Assembly (NCBI GenBank): GCA_002685965.1
Contig: NYZE01000080.1
Location: 12,464-76,463 of the forward strand
DNA from: Planctomycetota bacterium
Lineage (GTDB): Bacteria > Planctomycetota > UBA1135 > GCA-002748355
Direction of reading: 5' to 3'
DNA: 64,000 nt
Part shown: piece by piece, positions 43,530-52,893 of the stretch
How positions within the stretch are numbered: position 1 is the first letter of the stretch
Layout of the letters: each line of letters begins with the position of its first letter
The notes under the pieces: model-generated
Databases searched by the model: none
Seen by the model: only the letters and a program-made list of their open reading frames with translations
Told to the model about the DNA's origin: nothing
Translations under genes and position numbers: made by a program

Positions 43530-44743
43530 GCGAGCACATCGGTCAGAACGCGGGCGAGCTCGTCTACGTGTGCTTCCGTGTGTGACGTCGACAGGAAGCC
43601 GACCTCGAATGCTGACGGCGCGAGATAGATGCCGCGTTCGAGGCAGCCGTGGAAGAGGTCCCGGTAGCGGTCCGCCGCGCCTGCGCCGAGATCGCACCAG
43701 AAGATCGATCCCTGACGGACGAAGCCTTGGAGTCCGTGCACGCCTTCCTGGAGTCGACTGCCGAGCTCCTCGAGGCGCGACCATGCATCGTCGCGTTCAA
43801 GGATCTCGAGCGTGCGCAGACCGGCGGTCATGGCCGCTGGGTTGCCCGACAGCGTACCGGCCTGGTACACGGGCCCATTCGGCGCGAGATGTTCGAACAG
43901 CTCGGCGCGTCCGGCAAAGGCGCCGACCGGCAGGCCGCCGCCGATGATCTTGCCGAACGTGGCGAGGTCGGGCTCGATACCGTAGAGCTCTGCGGCGCCG
44001 CCCCTGGCGACACGAAAGCCCGAGATGACTTCGTCGAAGATCAGCAGGACGCCGTGCTCACTCGTGAGCGCGCGTAGCCGTTCAAGGAAGACGGGTCGCT
44101 GTAGCAAGAGCCCGTTGTTAGCTGGGACCGGCTCGATGATCACGGCCGCGGTCTCGGCGCCGTGCTGCGCGAAGAACTCGTCGAGTCGTCCCTCGTCGTC
44201 GAGCGGCAACACTGACGTGAGTTCGGCGATGGGTCCGGGCACGCCAGCCGACGACGGCGTGCCGAACGTCTTGGCGCCGCTACCGGCGGCGACGAGCAGT
44301 CCATCCGAATGCCCGTGGTAGCAGCCGTCGAACTTGACGATGCGGTCGCGTCCAGTCGCGCCGCGCGCGAGCCGCAGCGCGGACATGGTTGCCTCGGTCC
44401 CGGAGGACGTGAAGCGCACACGCTCGGCGCCCGGATACCAGGCCAGCACCTTCTCAGCGAGCAGGAGCTCGCTCTCGTGCGGTGCCCCGTAACTGAGGCC
44501 ATGCGGTGTCGCCTCGTGCAGGGCGTCGACGATCTCGGGGTGCGCGTGTCCGAGGATCAGCGGTCCCCACGACATGACGAAGTCGAGAAAGCGTCGACCG
44601 TCCGCGTCGACGAAGTGAGCACCTTGCGCTTCGTGCACGAATAACGGATCGCCGCCGACTGCCCCAAAGGCGCGCACCGGCGACGACACGCCGCCCGGCA
44701 ACGCGTTCTGCGCGCGCCGCCAGAGCTCCGCGTTCGTGGTCAC
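43526..44743 (-). CDS. hemL: Glutamate-1-semialdehyde 2,1-aminomutase
   Basis: 405 aa with a GTG start overlapping the hemB stop. The sequence is LPGGVSSPVRAF...DFVMSWGPLILGHAHP...RFTSSGTEATMSALRLARG...LLIFDEVISGFR...ATFGKIIGGGLPVGAF. Confidence 0.92.
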   Translation of the reverse strand: MTTNAELWRRAQNALPGGVSSPVRAFGAVGGDPLFVHEAQGAHFVDADGRRFLDFVMSWGPLILGHAHPEIVDALHEATPHGLSYGAPHESELLLAEKVLAWYPGAERVRFTSSGTEATMSALRLARGATGRDRIVKFDGCYHGHSDGLLVAAGSGAKTFGTPSSAGVPGPIAELTSVLPLDDEGRLDEFFAQHGAETAAVIIEPVPANNGLLLQRPVFLERLRALTSEHGVLLIFDEVISGFRVARGGAAELYGIEPDLATFGKIIGGGLPVGAFAGRAELFEHLAPNGPVYQAGTLSGNPAAMTAGLRTLEILERDDAWSRLEELGSRLQEGVHGLQGFVRQGSIFWCDLGAGAADRYRDLFHGCLERGIYLAPSAFEVGFLSTSHTEAHVDELARVLTDVLA

Positions 44744-45717
44744 AGCCAGCCTCCGGCGAGTGCGTCGCGCGCGTGGTATGTGATCAGCATGTCGGCGCCG
44801 GCGCGTTTCACGGCAAACATGTGCTCGCGCGCGAGGTCCTCACGGCGCGCGAGACCTTCGCGCGCCATCAACTCGACGGCCGCGTACTCACCGCTGACCA
44901 GGTAGGCCGCCACCGGGCGATCGACCGCCGCCTTGACGTCGGAGATGACGTCGAGATACGCGAGCGCCGGCTTCACCATGACCATGTCGGCGCCTTCCGC
45001 GATGTCGAGCAGCGCTTCACGCACCGCCTCGCCGCGGTTGCGATAGTCCATCTGGTAGCCCTTGCGGTCCTTCGGGCCTTCGTTCTTGGGCGCCGAGTCG
45101 GCGGCTTCGCGGAAGGGTCCGTAGAAGCTCGACGCGTACTTCGCTGCATAGCTGAGGATGGCACGGTCGCCGAACCCCGCCGTGTCGAGCGCTTCGCGGA
45201 TGGCGCGCACGCGGCCGTCCATCATGTCGGAAGGCGCAATGACGTCGGCGCCGGCCTCAGCGAGCGACACCGCCTGGCGTGCGAGGTGCGGCAGGCTCTC
45301 ATCGTTGGCGACCTTGCCGTCGCGCAGGATGCCACAGTGCCCGTGGTCGGTGTAGGTGCACAGGCACACGTCAGCAATGATGGTCAGGTCGTCCCCGAAC
45401 TGTTTCGCCAGTGCCGTGCAGGCACGGTGAGCTGGTGAGGCCGCGAGCACACCGGCGCTGCCGGTCGCGTCCTTGGCGTCGGTCACGGCGAAGAGCAGCG
45501 TGTGCCGAACTCCGTGCTCAAGGTCGGACTCCACTTGTGCCAGCAGTGGATCGAGGCCCATGCGCGAGATGCCGGGCAGCGCGGCGATCGGCTCGGTGCG
45601 CGTTTCGTCGCCGATCACGAAGTGTGGCTGTATGAGTTCTTCGGCTGCGATGTGTGTCTCGGCAGCCAGTTCGCGTAGCGATGCGGTGCGCCGCAAGCGT
45701 CTCGGGCGATCGGTCAC
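44740..45717 (-). CDS. hemB: Porphobilinogen synthase (delta-aminolevulinate dehydratase), Cys-rich Zn-type site
   Basis: 325 aa with a GTG start overlapping the hemCD stop. The sequence is RPRRLRRT..LR....LIQPHFV...DVCLCTYTDHGHCG...APSDMMDGRV...SYAAKYASSFYGPFREA...YQMD...VKPALAYLD. Confidence 0.92.
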   Translation of the reverse strand: MTDRPRRLRRTASLRELAAETHIAAEELIQPHFVIGDETRTEPIAALPGISRMGLDPLLAQVESDLEHGVRHTLLFAVTDAKDATGSAGVLAASPAHRACTALAKQFGDDLTIIADVCLCTYTDHGHCGILRDGKVANDESLPHLARQAVSLAEAGADVIAPSDMMDGRVRAIREALDTAGFGDRAILSYAAKYASSFYGPFREAADSAPKNEGPKDRKGYQMDYRNRGEAVREALLDIAEGADMVMVKPALAYLDVISDVKAAVDRPVAAYLVSGEYAAVELMAREGLARREDLAREHMFAVKRAGADMLITYHARDALAGGWL

Positions 45718-47288
45718 TGTCGGGCCTCCTTCATCGCCGTGATCAGTGCCCCGGCCGACGGAGTTGCGGCGATAGCATCACAGCGAATGCCGTTCTCTAC
45801 CATCGCCGCTGCGGTCGTCTCCCCTAACGCGAGCCGCTGTCCGTCGTGCTGGGAGCCGCTCGCAGCCCACGCACCCGTGGCTGACGGGGACGAGAACACG
45901 AGCCAGTCGTCGGTGCGAGTGATTGCCGGCTGCTCGATCCGCTCTGTCTGGTAGAGCGGTACTGCATCGACCGCGACGCCGTTCTCGCCGAGCACGCGCT
46001 CGAGATCGCCTTGCCGATCCGCTGCACAGGGGAACAGCACACGGCCGGACGTGATGCCGCTATCAATCAGGAAACGAGCCAGCGTCGCACCGCCGCTCGG
46101 TGGTTGCGGCACACGACACTCGAAGCCGAGTGAACGCAGCGCTGCTGCGGTTGCGGGACCGATCGCGAAGATCGGCGCGTCGACCGGTCCACTCACTTGT
46201 TCCTGGAATCGGGCAACGGCTCGGGCGGACGTGAACGCGATCGCGGCGGCTTGCTCGGTGTGCAGCGCCGCCTCGACCGGGATGGTGCGAGTCATGGCGA
46301 TGGTCTCTACCGTTGCTCCAGCTACACCGAGCGCCTGACCGAGGCGGCCGCCGTTGCCATCCGGACGCAGCAGCGCGACGCGCAGGCCTTCGAGAGGGTC
46401 GCCAACCAACGGACTCAGGTCCGCGGCGAGATCCGCGGCGAGCAGCGTCGGGTCTGTCCCTGTCCGCTCGGTGAAGACGCCGCACCCAGCGTGCACGCGC
46501 CCGAACAGCGATGTGCGCAGCCGATAGTCGTCGCCGTGCGGCGTGCAGAGCGCGCCCAGTGGCATCGAGCAACCTCCGCCCAGCCGGTGCAGTAACTCCC
46601 GCTCGGCGCCGACGCAGCGCGACGTCCCCGGGTGGTGCAGCTTGCGCAAGGCGCCGAGTAGTTTTTCGTCGTCCGCGCGACATTGCACCGCGAGAGCGCC
46701 TTGCCCCGGCGCTGGCAGATGGCGGTCGATGGGCAGCGTCATGCGCGTCAGTCCGCCGAGGTCGAGGTCCAGGCGATCGAGGCCTGCCGCGGCGAGAACG
46801 GTTGCGTCGTAGTCACCGCGGCGCACCCTGTCCACGCGCGTCGGCACGTTGCCGCGGATGTTCGTCAGCACCAGATCGCTCCGTTCCACCAAGAACGCCG
46901 AGCGGCGACGCAGAGATGACGTGCCGACGCGTGCACCGGGCCGGAGCGCCCCGTTCTCGATCCTGGCCGGATTCGCGACGAGCACGTCATTCGCGGCGAT
47001 GCGAGCGGGGATCGCTCCGATGGTGAGGCCTTGAGGATCGTCGACCGGCAGGTCCTTGAGGCTGTGCACCGCCGCGTCGATGCGACCTGCGCGCAATGCT
47101 TCCTCTAGCTCGGCGGTGAAGACACCCTTGCCGCCGATGGTAGGCAGCGGAGAAACGAGGTCACGGTCGCCGCGTGTTTCGATGATCTCGATCTGGTGGT
47201 CGAGGCCGGTTTGTCGCGACAGGGCCTCGCCCACCATGCGGGTTTGCGTCAGGGCGAGGTCACTGCCCCTGCTGCCAAAGGTGATCAT
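45714..47288 (-). CDS. hemC/hemD: Fused hydroxymethylbilane synthase / uroporphyrinogen-III synthase
   Basis: 524 aa. The N-terminal ~300 aa is HemC (ITFGSRGSDLALTQT...IIETRGD...GGKGVFTAELEEALRAGRIDAAVHSLKDLP...GTSSLRR...RGNV.TR). The C-terminal ~220 aa is HemD-like (LRVALLRP...FTSARAV...LVFSSPSA). Confidence 0.88.
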   Translation of the reverse strand: MITFGSRGSDLALTQTRMVGEALSRQTGLDHQIEIIETRGDRDLVSPLPTIGGKGVFTAELEEALRAGRIDAAVHSLKDLPVDDPQGLTIGAIPARIAANDVLVANPARIENGALRPGARVGTSSLRRRSAFLVERSDLVLTNIRGNVPTRVDRVRRGDYDATVLAAAGLDRLDLDLGGLTRMTLPIDRHLPAPGQGALAVQCRADDEKLLGALRKLHHPGTSRCVGAERELLHRLGGGCSMPLGALCTPHGDDYRLRTSLFGRVHAGCGVFTERTGTDPTLLAADLAADLSPLVGDPLEGLRVALLRPDGNGGRLGQALGVAGATVETIAMTRTIPVEAALHTEQAAAIAFTSARAVARFQEQVSGPVDAPIFAIGPATAAALRSLGFECRVPQPPSGGATLARFLIDSGITSGRVLFPCAADRQGDLERVLGENGVAVDAVPLYQTERIEQPAITRTDDWLVFSSPSATGAWAASGSQHDGQRLALGETTAAAMVENGIRCDAIAATPSAGALITAMKEARQ

Positions 47289-48433
47289 CCCGCCGACAGC
47301 AGCTTGACGTCCTTGATGTGCAAGTGCGCATGGCGCTTGGCGGCCCGCAGGACCAGATCGCGGAACAAGTCGCGATCGGTATCGGACAGGTGGCTCAGTT
47401 TGCCGTGCAGCGCCCGGTCGACTTCTGCCAGAGCGTTCTCGACGTGGAGATCGACGAGCTTGCCGATCTCTGCGCGCTTCTCGCTGACTTCCGAGAAGAT
47501 ACGTTCCGCGTGGCCCGGGACTAGCTCTCGTTCGTCGTCCGCGGCTTGCTGACGCCGTGCATTCTCCACCGCCGCGAGACCGGCGACGTCGTCGAGATCG
47601 AGGACGGTCAGCTCAGGGTGCGAGCGAAGGTCATCGGGCAGCACCGAGGGCTGGCTCACGTCGATCAGGACACTGGCCGTGTCCGGGCGCAGCGCCAGCT
47701 TGCCGCCGCGAACGGCGAACAGCACGCCGTCGAGCTCCGGTGGGTCGCTCAAGAAGTCGTCGAGGCCCTGAGCCGTGCCGCCGAAGTGGGCTGCGAGCGC
47801 CTCGGCCCGCGCGCGCGTTCGGTTGACCACGACTGGGTTTCGCACGCCGTGTCGCGTCAGGAACTCGAGCGCTTGGCGGCCTGTTTCACCGGTACCCACG
47901 ACGGCCAGTCGCGCACCCGCCTGCGCCAATCGTCCCGCCGCGACCGAAGCAACCGACGGCTGTCCACCGCACAGGTCACAGCGGCTGCGCAGTTCGCGGG
48001 CGGCAGCGATGACGCGCGTCCAGAGCATGTGCAGACCGCGGCTCAGTAGTCGCGCTTCTTCGGCTTCCTGAAAAGCGCGCCGCACCTGTCCGAGGACCTG
48101 TTCTTCGCCGATGACCATGGACTCGAGCCCGGTTGCGACGCACAGGAGGTGTGCAATCGCGTCGACGTTCTTGTGGCGGTGCAGCGGCACGCCGTGGTCT
48201 GTGCCGAGCACGAGCGCGGCCAGGTCGTCGGGCGCGCCGGCTTTTGTGGGGGCGGGCGCCTCGACGAGGACTTCGAAGCGGTTGCAGGTCTCGATCAGCA
48301 CCGAACCGCTGATCACACCCTCGCGCTGCAGTCGCGCCAGCATGGCGCGGATGGGCTCAGTCCGCACCGTGAGCGCGCGCATACGCGAAGGGGGTGCCAG
48401 GTGGTGGTCGCTGCCGAACATCTCAAGCCGCAT
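47285..48433 (-). CDS. hemA: Glutamyl-tRNA reductase
   Basis: 382 aa. The sequence is ...LIETCNRFEVLVEA (catalytic Cys motif)...SMVIGEEQVLGQVR...LAVVGTGETG... The stop overlaps the hemCD start (ATGA 47285..47288). Confidence 0.9.
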   Translation of the reverse strand: MRLEMFGSDHHLAPPSRMRALTVRTEPIRAMLARLQREGVISGSVLIETCNRFEVLVEAPAPTKAGAPDDLAALVLGTDHGVPLHRHKNVDAIAHLLCVATGLESMVIGEEQVLGQVRRAFQEAEEARLLSRGLHMLWTRVIAAARELRSRCDLCGGQPSVASVAAGRLAQAGARLAVVGTGETGRQALEFLTRHGVRNPVVVNRTRARAEALAAHFGGTAQGLDDFLSDPPELDGVLFAVRGGKLALRPDTASVLIDVSQPSVLPDDLRSHPELTVLDLDDVAGLAAVENARRQQAADDERELVPGHAERIFSEVSEKRAEIGKLVDLHVENALAEVDRALHGKLSHLSDTDRDLFRDLVLRAAKRHAHLHIKDVKLLSAG

Positions 48434-48579
48434 GACCGCACTTTCGGCCGCCGGGGCCCCTGCTTTGTCACGCCCCTGTCATGGGAGTGAATTCCGAAAA
48501 TCGTGCAGAGTCGCCTTGCGGTCCCCAGCCGTGCGCGCCTGAGCCTACAATGGGAATCTTGGACCCACACGAGGAGCCA

Positions 48580-49947
48580 ATGGGTTGCCTAGCGCGAGTG
48601 TTTGTCGTCGTCAGTTTGTTCACGGCTCCGGCATCGGCGCAGGCCGACTGGACGCTGCTGACCACGACGACCAAGCCGGGCTCGCGCTTCGGTTGTGCTG
48701 CCGTGTATGAGACGCATCGCCTGCGTTTCCTGATGTTCGGCGGCGGCACGTGGCAGAACCCGTCATTTTATGGTGACACCTGGGGTTTGACTCTGGCCGG
48801 CTGGGTTCAGCTCAGGCCAACCACCAGCCCGTCTGCGCGGGGCGGCCACAGGATGGCATTCGATTCTCTGCGCAATCGCACGGTGTTGTTTGGCGGGACG
48901 AACGGAAACACGGAGACCTGGGAGTGGGATGGGTCGAACTGGTCGCTGATCCCGACGAACCCGACGCCGCCCGGTCGCGCCTTTCACTCGATGTCGTACG
49001 ACCCCGTGCGCAAGGTCGTCGTCATGTTTGCTGGCACGTCGGTGGTGTTGGGCGACATGAACGATACCTGGGAATGGAACGGCACCAGTTGGACTCGCAA
49101 GAAACCGACTGTGAGCCCGCCGCGTCGCTGCTACCAGGGCATGACCTACGATCCGGTCAGCAAGCGTGTGCTGATCCATGGCGGGTTCGATCCAAAGATT
49201 CGTCGGAGCCACCGCGACACTTGGGCGTGGGACGGTGTGAACTGGACTCAGATCGCGACGAACGGTCCGCGTGCCTTCGGCGCCGGTCTTGTCTACGACG
49301 ACCTGCGGCAGCGCGTCGTCCTGCACGGCGGCTATGGGTCGGGTGGCACGACGCACGAGTGGGACGGGAAGGCGTGGACCGTCCGCTTGCCGAAGAACCC
49401 GCCACCGCTCGCTGGAAACGCGGCCTATGCCTACGACCGCGTGCGCCAGCGCGTCGTTCGTTTCGGTGGCGAGGGCAACAACCAGGCCGTGTTTGACACG
49501 ACATGGCTCTACGGCACCAAGGAGGTCGCCACCTACACGGCATACGGGACGGCCTGTGCCAGCAGCGCTGGCACACCGACGCTCAGCGTCGGAGGAGCGC
49601 GGCCGTGGATCGGAGACACCCTCTTCGTCAACCTCTCGGGTGCACCAGCTGGCACGCCGGTGCTGATGTCGTTCGGGTATTCCAACAAGCGTTTCGGCTT
49701 GTTCAAGTTGCCCCTCGACCTGACGCCGATGGGTGCGCCGGGTTGCTCGGTGCTCGCGTCACTCGACTGGCTCAGCGCGGCCGTCACGGATACGGCGGGC
49801 AAGGCTTCGCACCCGATTCCCCTCCCGCTGGCGCTGGGACTCGTAGGGGTGGCGTTCTACAACCAGTGGTTGATCTCTGATCCGAAGAAGAACGCGCTCC
49901 AGCTTGTCACCTCCAACGGAGGCGCGGCGACGATCGGTGTGCGCTGA
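48580..49947 (+). CDS. Secreted Kelch-repeat beta-propeller protein with C-terminal beta-rich tail domain
   Basis: Lies in ORF 48481..49947. The ATG at 48580 is preceded by GAGGAG and gives the signal MGCLARVFVVVSLFTAPASAQA. A repeated ~50-aa unit occurs at least 5 times (P..R.gh.m.yD..r.r.vlFGG......DTWEWdG..W). Confidence 0.8.
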   Translation: MGCLARVFVVVSLFTAPASAQADWTLLTTTTKPGSRFGCAAVYETHRLRFLMFGGGTWQNPSFYGDTWGLTLAGWVQLRPTTSPSARGGHRMAFDSLRNRTVLFGGTNGNTETWEWDGSNWSLIPTNPTPPGRAFHSMSYDPVRKVVVMFAGTSVVLGDMNDTWEWNGTSWTRKKPTVSPPRRCYQGMTYDPVSKRVLIHGGFDPKIRRSHRDTWAWDGVNWTQIATNGPRAFGAGLVYDDLRQRVVLHGGYGSGGTTHEWDGKAWTVRLPKNPPPLAGNAAYAYDRVRQRVVRFGGEGNNQAVFDTTWLYGTKEVATYTAYGTACASSAGTPTLSVGGARPWIGDTLFVNLSGAPAGTPVLMSFGYSNKRFGLFKLPLDLTPMGAPGCSVLASLDWLSAAVTDTAGKASHPIPLPLALGLVGVAFYNQWLISDPKKNALQLVTSNGGAATIGVR

Positions 49948-50014
49948 GTCAGCGCAGACGCGCAGAGCGAGGCCTCTGGACAGTCTCATGCGGCGATAGC
50001 TTGGACGCTTCGCG

Positions 50015-50039
50015 CCGGGAGGGGTCGGCCCGCTCCCGG
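50015..50039 (+). terminator. GC-rich hairpin with UCGG tetraloop about 70 nt after the Kelch gene (terminator candidate)
   Basis: CCGGGAG-GGG-tcgg-CCC-g-CTCCCGG forms a 10-bp stem with one bulge. There is no U tract, so its function is uncertain. Confidence 0.35.
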
Positions 50040-50346
50040 ACCCTTCTCAAGCAGCCTTGTCGGGAGATTCATGCCCCCCTTTATGCGACCCCTGCCTGCG
50101 TAATCTTCTGCAAGTGGTCATGCGGTCCGACTGTCCTTTTTCTCGGTCCGCCAGGACCACCGAATCGGTCAAAGGGGCCCTGCTCGTTCTGCTCCTACCC
50201 TGTTCGGTGCGCCAGGGGCTCCGCAAGGACACAGCGCGGAGTTTCCGGACTGCCGAAAAAAGTGGGAGATGGTTGTCGCGGGCCGAGGTTGTCACCTGGA
50301 TCATTCGCCGCAGCGAACTTCGGCTGATTAGACAGGCGTAACGACC

Positions 50347-50862
50347 TTGCTCACTGCACAGGCGGTCTTCTATTACATGGCGGCTGCCAGCGTAGCGAGT
50401 GGGCTACTCGCGGTGACCCGCAGGAACCCGGTCCAGAGCATGCTCTGGGTGCTGGCGCTGTTCCTCCATGTCGCGGGCATCTTCCTGCTGCTGAGCGCGG
50501 AGTTCCTGGCGGCGGTTCAGGTGATCGTCTACGCGGGCGCCATCCTGATCTTCTACCTCTTCGTCGTCATGCTGCTCGACCTCCCGGACGAGGAGGCCAA
50601 GCCGCGTTTCGGGAAGCACTGGCCGTTCGCCGCCTGCGTCGGAGTCGCCACTACGCTGCTGGCCTGGCTCGCTCAGGGCGCGGTCGCGCCGGCGGCAGGA
50701 CGCTTGCCGGACACGGGGGCAGCATTCACGGGCAGCGTCGCCGAGCTCGGCAAGGCGCTCTTCGGACCGTTCGCGTTGCCCTTCGAGCTTGCGTCCCTCG
50801 TGCTGCTCGCGGCGATCGTCGGCGCCGTCGTGCTCGCCAGAAAGAGGGGAGAACGCACATGA
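50347..50862 (+). CDS. nuoJ: NADH-quinone oxidoreductase subunit J
   Basis: 171 aa with a TTG start. The sequence is VFYYMAAASVASGLLAVTRRNPVQSMLWVLALFLHVAGIFLLLSAEFLAAVQVIVYAGAILIFYLFVVMLL. Confidence 0.88.
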   Translation: MLTAQAVFYYMAAASVASGLLAVTRRNPVQSMLWVLALFLHVAGIFLLLSAEFLAAVQVIVYAGAILIFYLFVVMLLDLPDEEAKPRFGKHWPFAACVGVATTLLAWLAQGAVAPAAGRLPDTGAAFTGSVAELGKALFGPFALPFELASLVLLAAIVGAVVLARKRGERT

Positions 50863-51164
50863 TCGTGCCCATGAGCACGGTCCTGGCGGTAAGCGCCATC
50901 CTGTTCGGGATCGGCGTCTTCGGCTTCCTCGCCAGACGCAACATCATCCTCATGCTCGTCTCGACCGAGGTGATGCTGAACGCGGTCAACCTCAGTCTGG
51001 CGGGATTCAGTCAACACCTCGACGACCCGCGGGGTCAGGTGCTCGCGCTGTTCGTGATCGCGGTCGCGGCTGCAGAAGCCGCCGTTGGGCTCGGAATCGT
51101 CATCGCGCTGAACCGCAACAAGCCCGGGGCAGGCGTCGGCGACCTGACTGATCTCAAACAGTGA
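50859..51164 (+). CDS. nuoK: NADH-quinone oxidoreductase subunit K
   Basis: 101 aa. The sequence is ...FGIGVFGFLARRNIILMLVSTEVMLNAVNLSLAGF...FVIAVAAAEAAVGLGIVIAL. An ATGA overlap joins it to nuoJ. Confidence 0.9.
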   Translation: MIVPMSTVLAVSAILFGIGVFGFLARRNIILMLVSTEVMLNAVNLSLAGFSQHLDDPRGQVLALFVIAVAAAEAAVGLGIVIALNRNKPGAGVGDLTDLKQ

Positions 51165-52636
51165 CCTTCTCACTGGTGCCACTGCTCGCTGTGCTCGTCC
51201 CGGCCTTGGGGGCAGCCCTCATTGCGTGCACGGGTCAGCGCCGCGCCAACCTCAGGGAGTTCTGGTCCATCGCGGCGGGCGTCGCGTTGCTGGCGCTCGT
51301 CGTGAGCATGATTCCGGAAGTCCGCGCCGGCAACGCAGTCGGAGCGGTGCTGTTCCAGATCCTGCCAGGACTGTCACTGGCGTTTCGCGTGGATGCCTTC
51401 GGCCTGCTCTTCGCCTCGGGCGCGTCGCTCTTGTGGATCCTGACGTCATTTTACTCGATCGGCTACATGCGCACGCTCGAGGAGCACGCGCAGACGCGGT
51501 ACTTCTCGTGCTTCGCCCTGGCGCTATCCGCGACGATCGGTGTCGCGTTCTCGGCCAACCTGTTCACGCTATTCCTGTTCTACGAAGCCCTGACCCTGGT
51601 CACGTACCCGCTCGTCGGTCACAAGGAGACTGCCGAGGCGAAAGCGGGCGCCCGCAAGTACGTCATCTACCTGCTCGGCGCGGCGAAGGTGTTTCTTCTC
51701 GCCGCGATCATCCTGGTCTACGACCTGACGGGGACGCTCGACTTCCAGAGCGGCGGGATCCTGTCGGCGGCGCATGTCGCCGAGCACCCGACGCTGCTCT
51801 TCGTGATCTTCGGGCTGTTTCTGTTCGGCTTCGCCAAGAACGCAATCATGCCGCTGCACGGCTGGCTGCCGGCCGCCATGGTCGCGCCGACGCCCGTGAG
51901 CGCGCTGCTGCACGCGGTGGCGGTGGTCAAGACGGGGGTCTTCTCGACGCTGCGGGTGTTCCTGTTCATCTTCGGCCCGACCGCGATGCGCAGCATCGGC
52001 GCCGACCAACTGGCCCTGATCGCGGCCTCGGTGACGATCCTGGTTGCGTCTCTGCTGGCGCTTGGGCAGGACAACCTGAAGGCGCGGCTCGCCTTCTCCA
52101 CGGTGAGCCAACTCTCCTATATCATCCTCGGTGCCGCGCTGTTGAATGCGAGCGGCGTGCTCGGCGGAACCGCGCACATCACCAACCACGCAGTGTCGAA
52201 GATCACCCTCTTCCTCTGCGCCGGCTCGATCTACGCGTCGACGCACAAGACTGAGATCAGCCAGCTGTCAGGGTTGGCCAAACGCATGCCGTGGACGATG
52301 GCGGCGTTCGCGATCGCGTCGCTGAGCATCATCGGCATTCCGCTCACGAGCGGCTTCGTGTCCAAGTGGTACATCGCGCTCGGCACGGTGGACAGCCAGA
52401 GCTTCGTTGTGCTGGGTGTGCTCCTGACCAGTTCGCTGCTCAGCGCGGCCTATCTCGGCCCGATCATCTACAAGGCCTACTTCGAAGAGCCACCGCCGCT
52501 CGCGGCAGGCGAGGCCGACGAAGTGCGCGAGGTGCCTTGGATCGTCGCGCCGTTGACGATCAGCGCTGGCCTCAGCCTGCTCTTCGGTGTCATGCCGGGA
52601 CCCGTGCTGGATCTGGCGGGGAGGGCGCTGCAGTGA
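51161..52636 (+). CDS. Additional antiporter-like subunit (MrpD/NuoL-core type, Proton_antipo_M family), no C-terminal extension
   Basis: 491 aa with a GTG start overlapping the nuoK stop (GTGA). It carries the canonical family motif MPLHGWLPAAMVAPTPVSALLHAVAVVKTGVF and a TM5-like Glu (FLFYEALTLVTYPLVGH). About 14 hydrophobic segments are present. Confidence 0.85.
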   Translation: MTFSLVPLLAVLVPALGAALIACTGQRRANLREFWSIAAGVALLALVVSMIPEVRAGNAVGAVLFQILPGLSLAFRVDAFGLLFASGASLLWILTSFYSIGYMRTLEEHAQTRYFSCFALALSATIGVAFSANLFTLFLFYEALTLVTYPLVGHKETAEAKAGARKYVIYLLGAAKVFLLAAIILVYDLTGTLDFQSGGILSAAHVAEHPTLLFVIFGLFLFGFAKNAIMPLHGWLPAAMVAPTPVSALLHAVAVVKTGVFSTLRVFLFIFGPTAMRSIGADQLALIAASVTILVASLLALGQDNLKARLAFSTVSQLSYIILGAALLNASGVLGGTAHITNHAVSKITLFLCAGSIYASTHKTEISQLSGLAKRMPWTMAAFAIASLSIIGIPLTSGFVSKWYIALGTVDSQSFVVLGVLLTSSLLSAAYLGPIIYKAYFEEPPPLAAGEADEVREVPWIVAPLTISAGLSLLFGVMPGPVLDLAGRALQ

Positions 52637-52893
52637 ACTTCCTCGAGCGGCAACTCGAAGACCCTGTTCGCTTCGCGCGGCTCAAGCGCTGGGGCCTGAT
52701 CTTCCTGGCCCTGACACTCGTCGCCGAGATCGTTCTTCCGCTGATCTTCGGCAGCCACGGACACTTCTCGTTCGAAGACTTCCCTGGATGGGGCTCGATC
52801 TACGGGTTCGTCTCGTGCGCCGTGATCATCATCGTCTCCAAGGTGATCGGCAAGCTGTGGCTCATGCGCCGCGAGGATCACTATGAGTCCTGA
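52633..52893 (+). CDS. Small 2-TM membrane protein embedded in the nuo operon
   Basis: The GTG at 52633 overlaps the preceding stop (GTGA). The product is (M)NFLERQLEDPVRFARLKRWGLIFLALTLVAEIVLPLIFG...GWGSIYGFVSCAVIIIVSKVIGKLWLMRREDHYES. It appears in the ORF track only as the tail of ORF 52291..52893. Confidence 0.55.
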   Translation: MNFLERQLEDPVRFARLKRWGLIFLALTLVAEIVLPLIFGSHGHFSFEDFPGWGSIYGFVSCAVIIIVSKVIGKLWLMRREDHYES

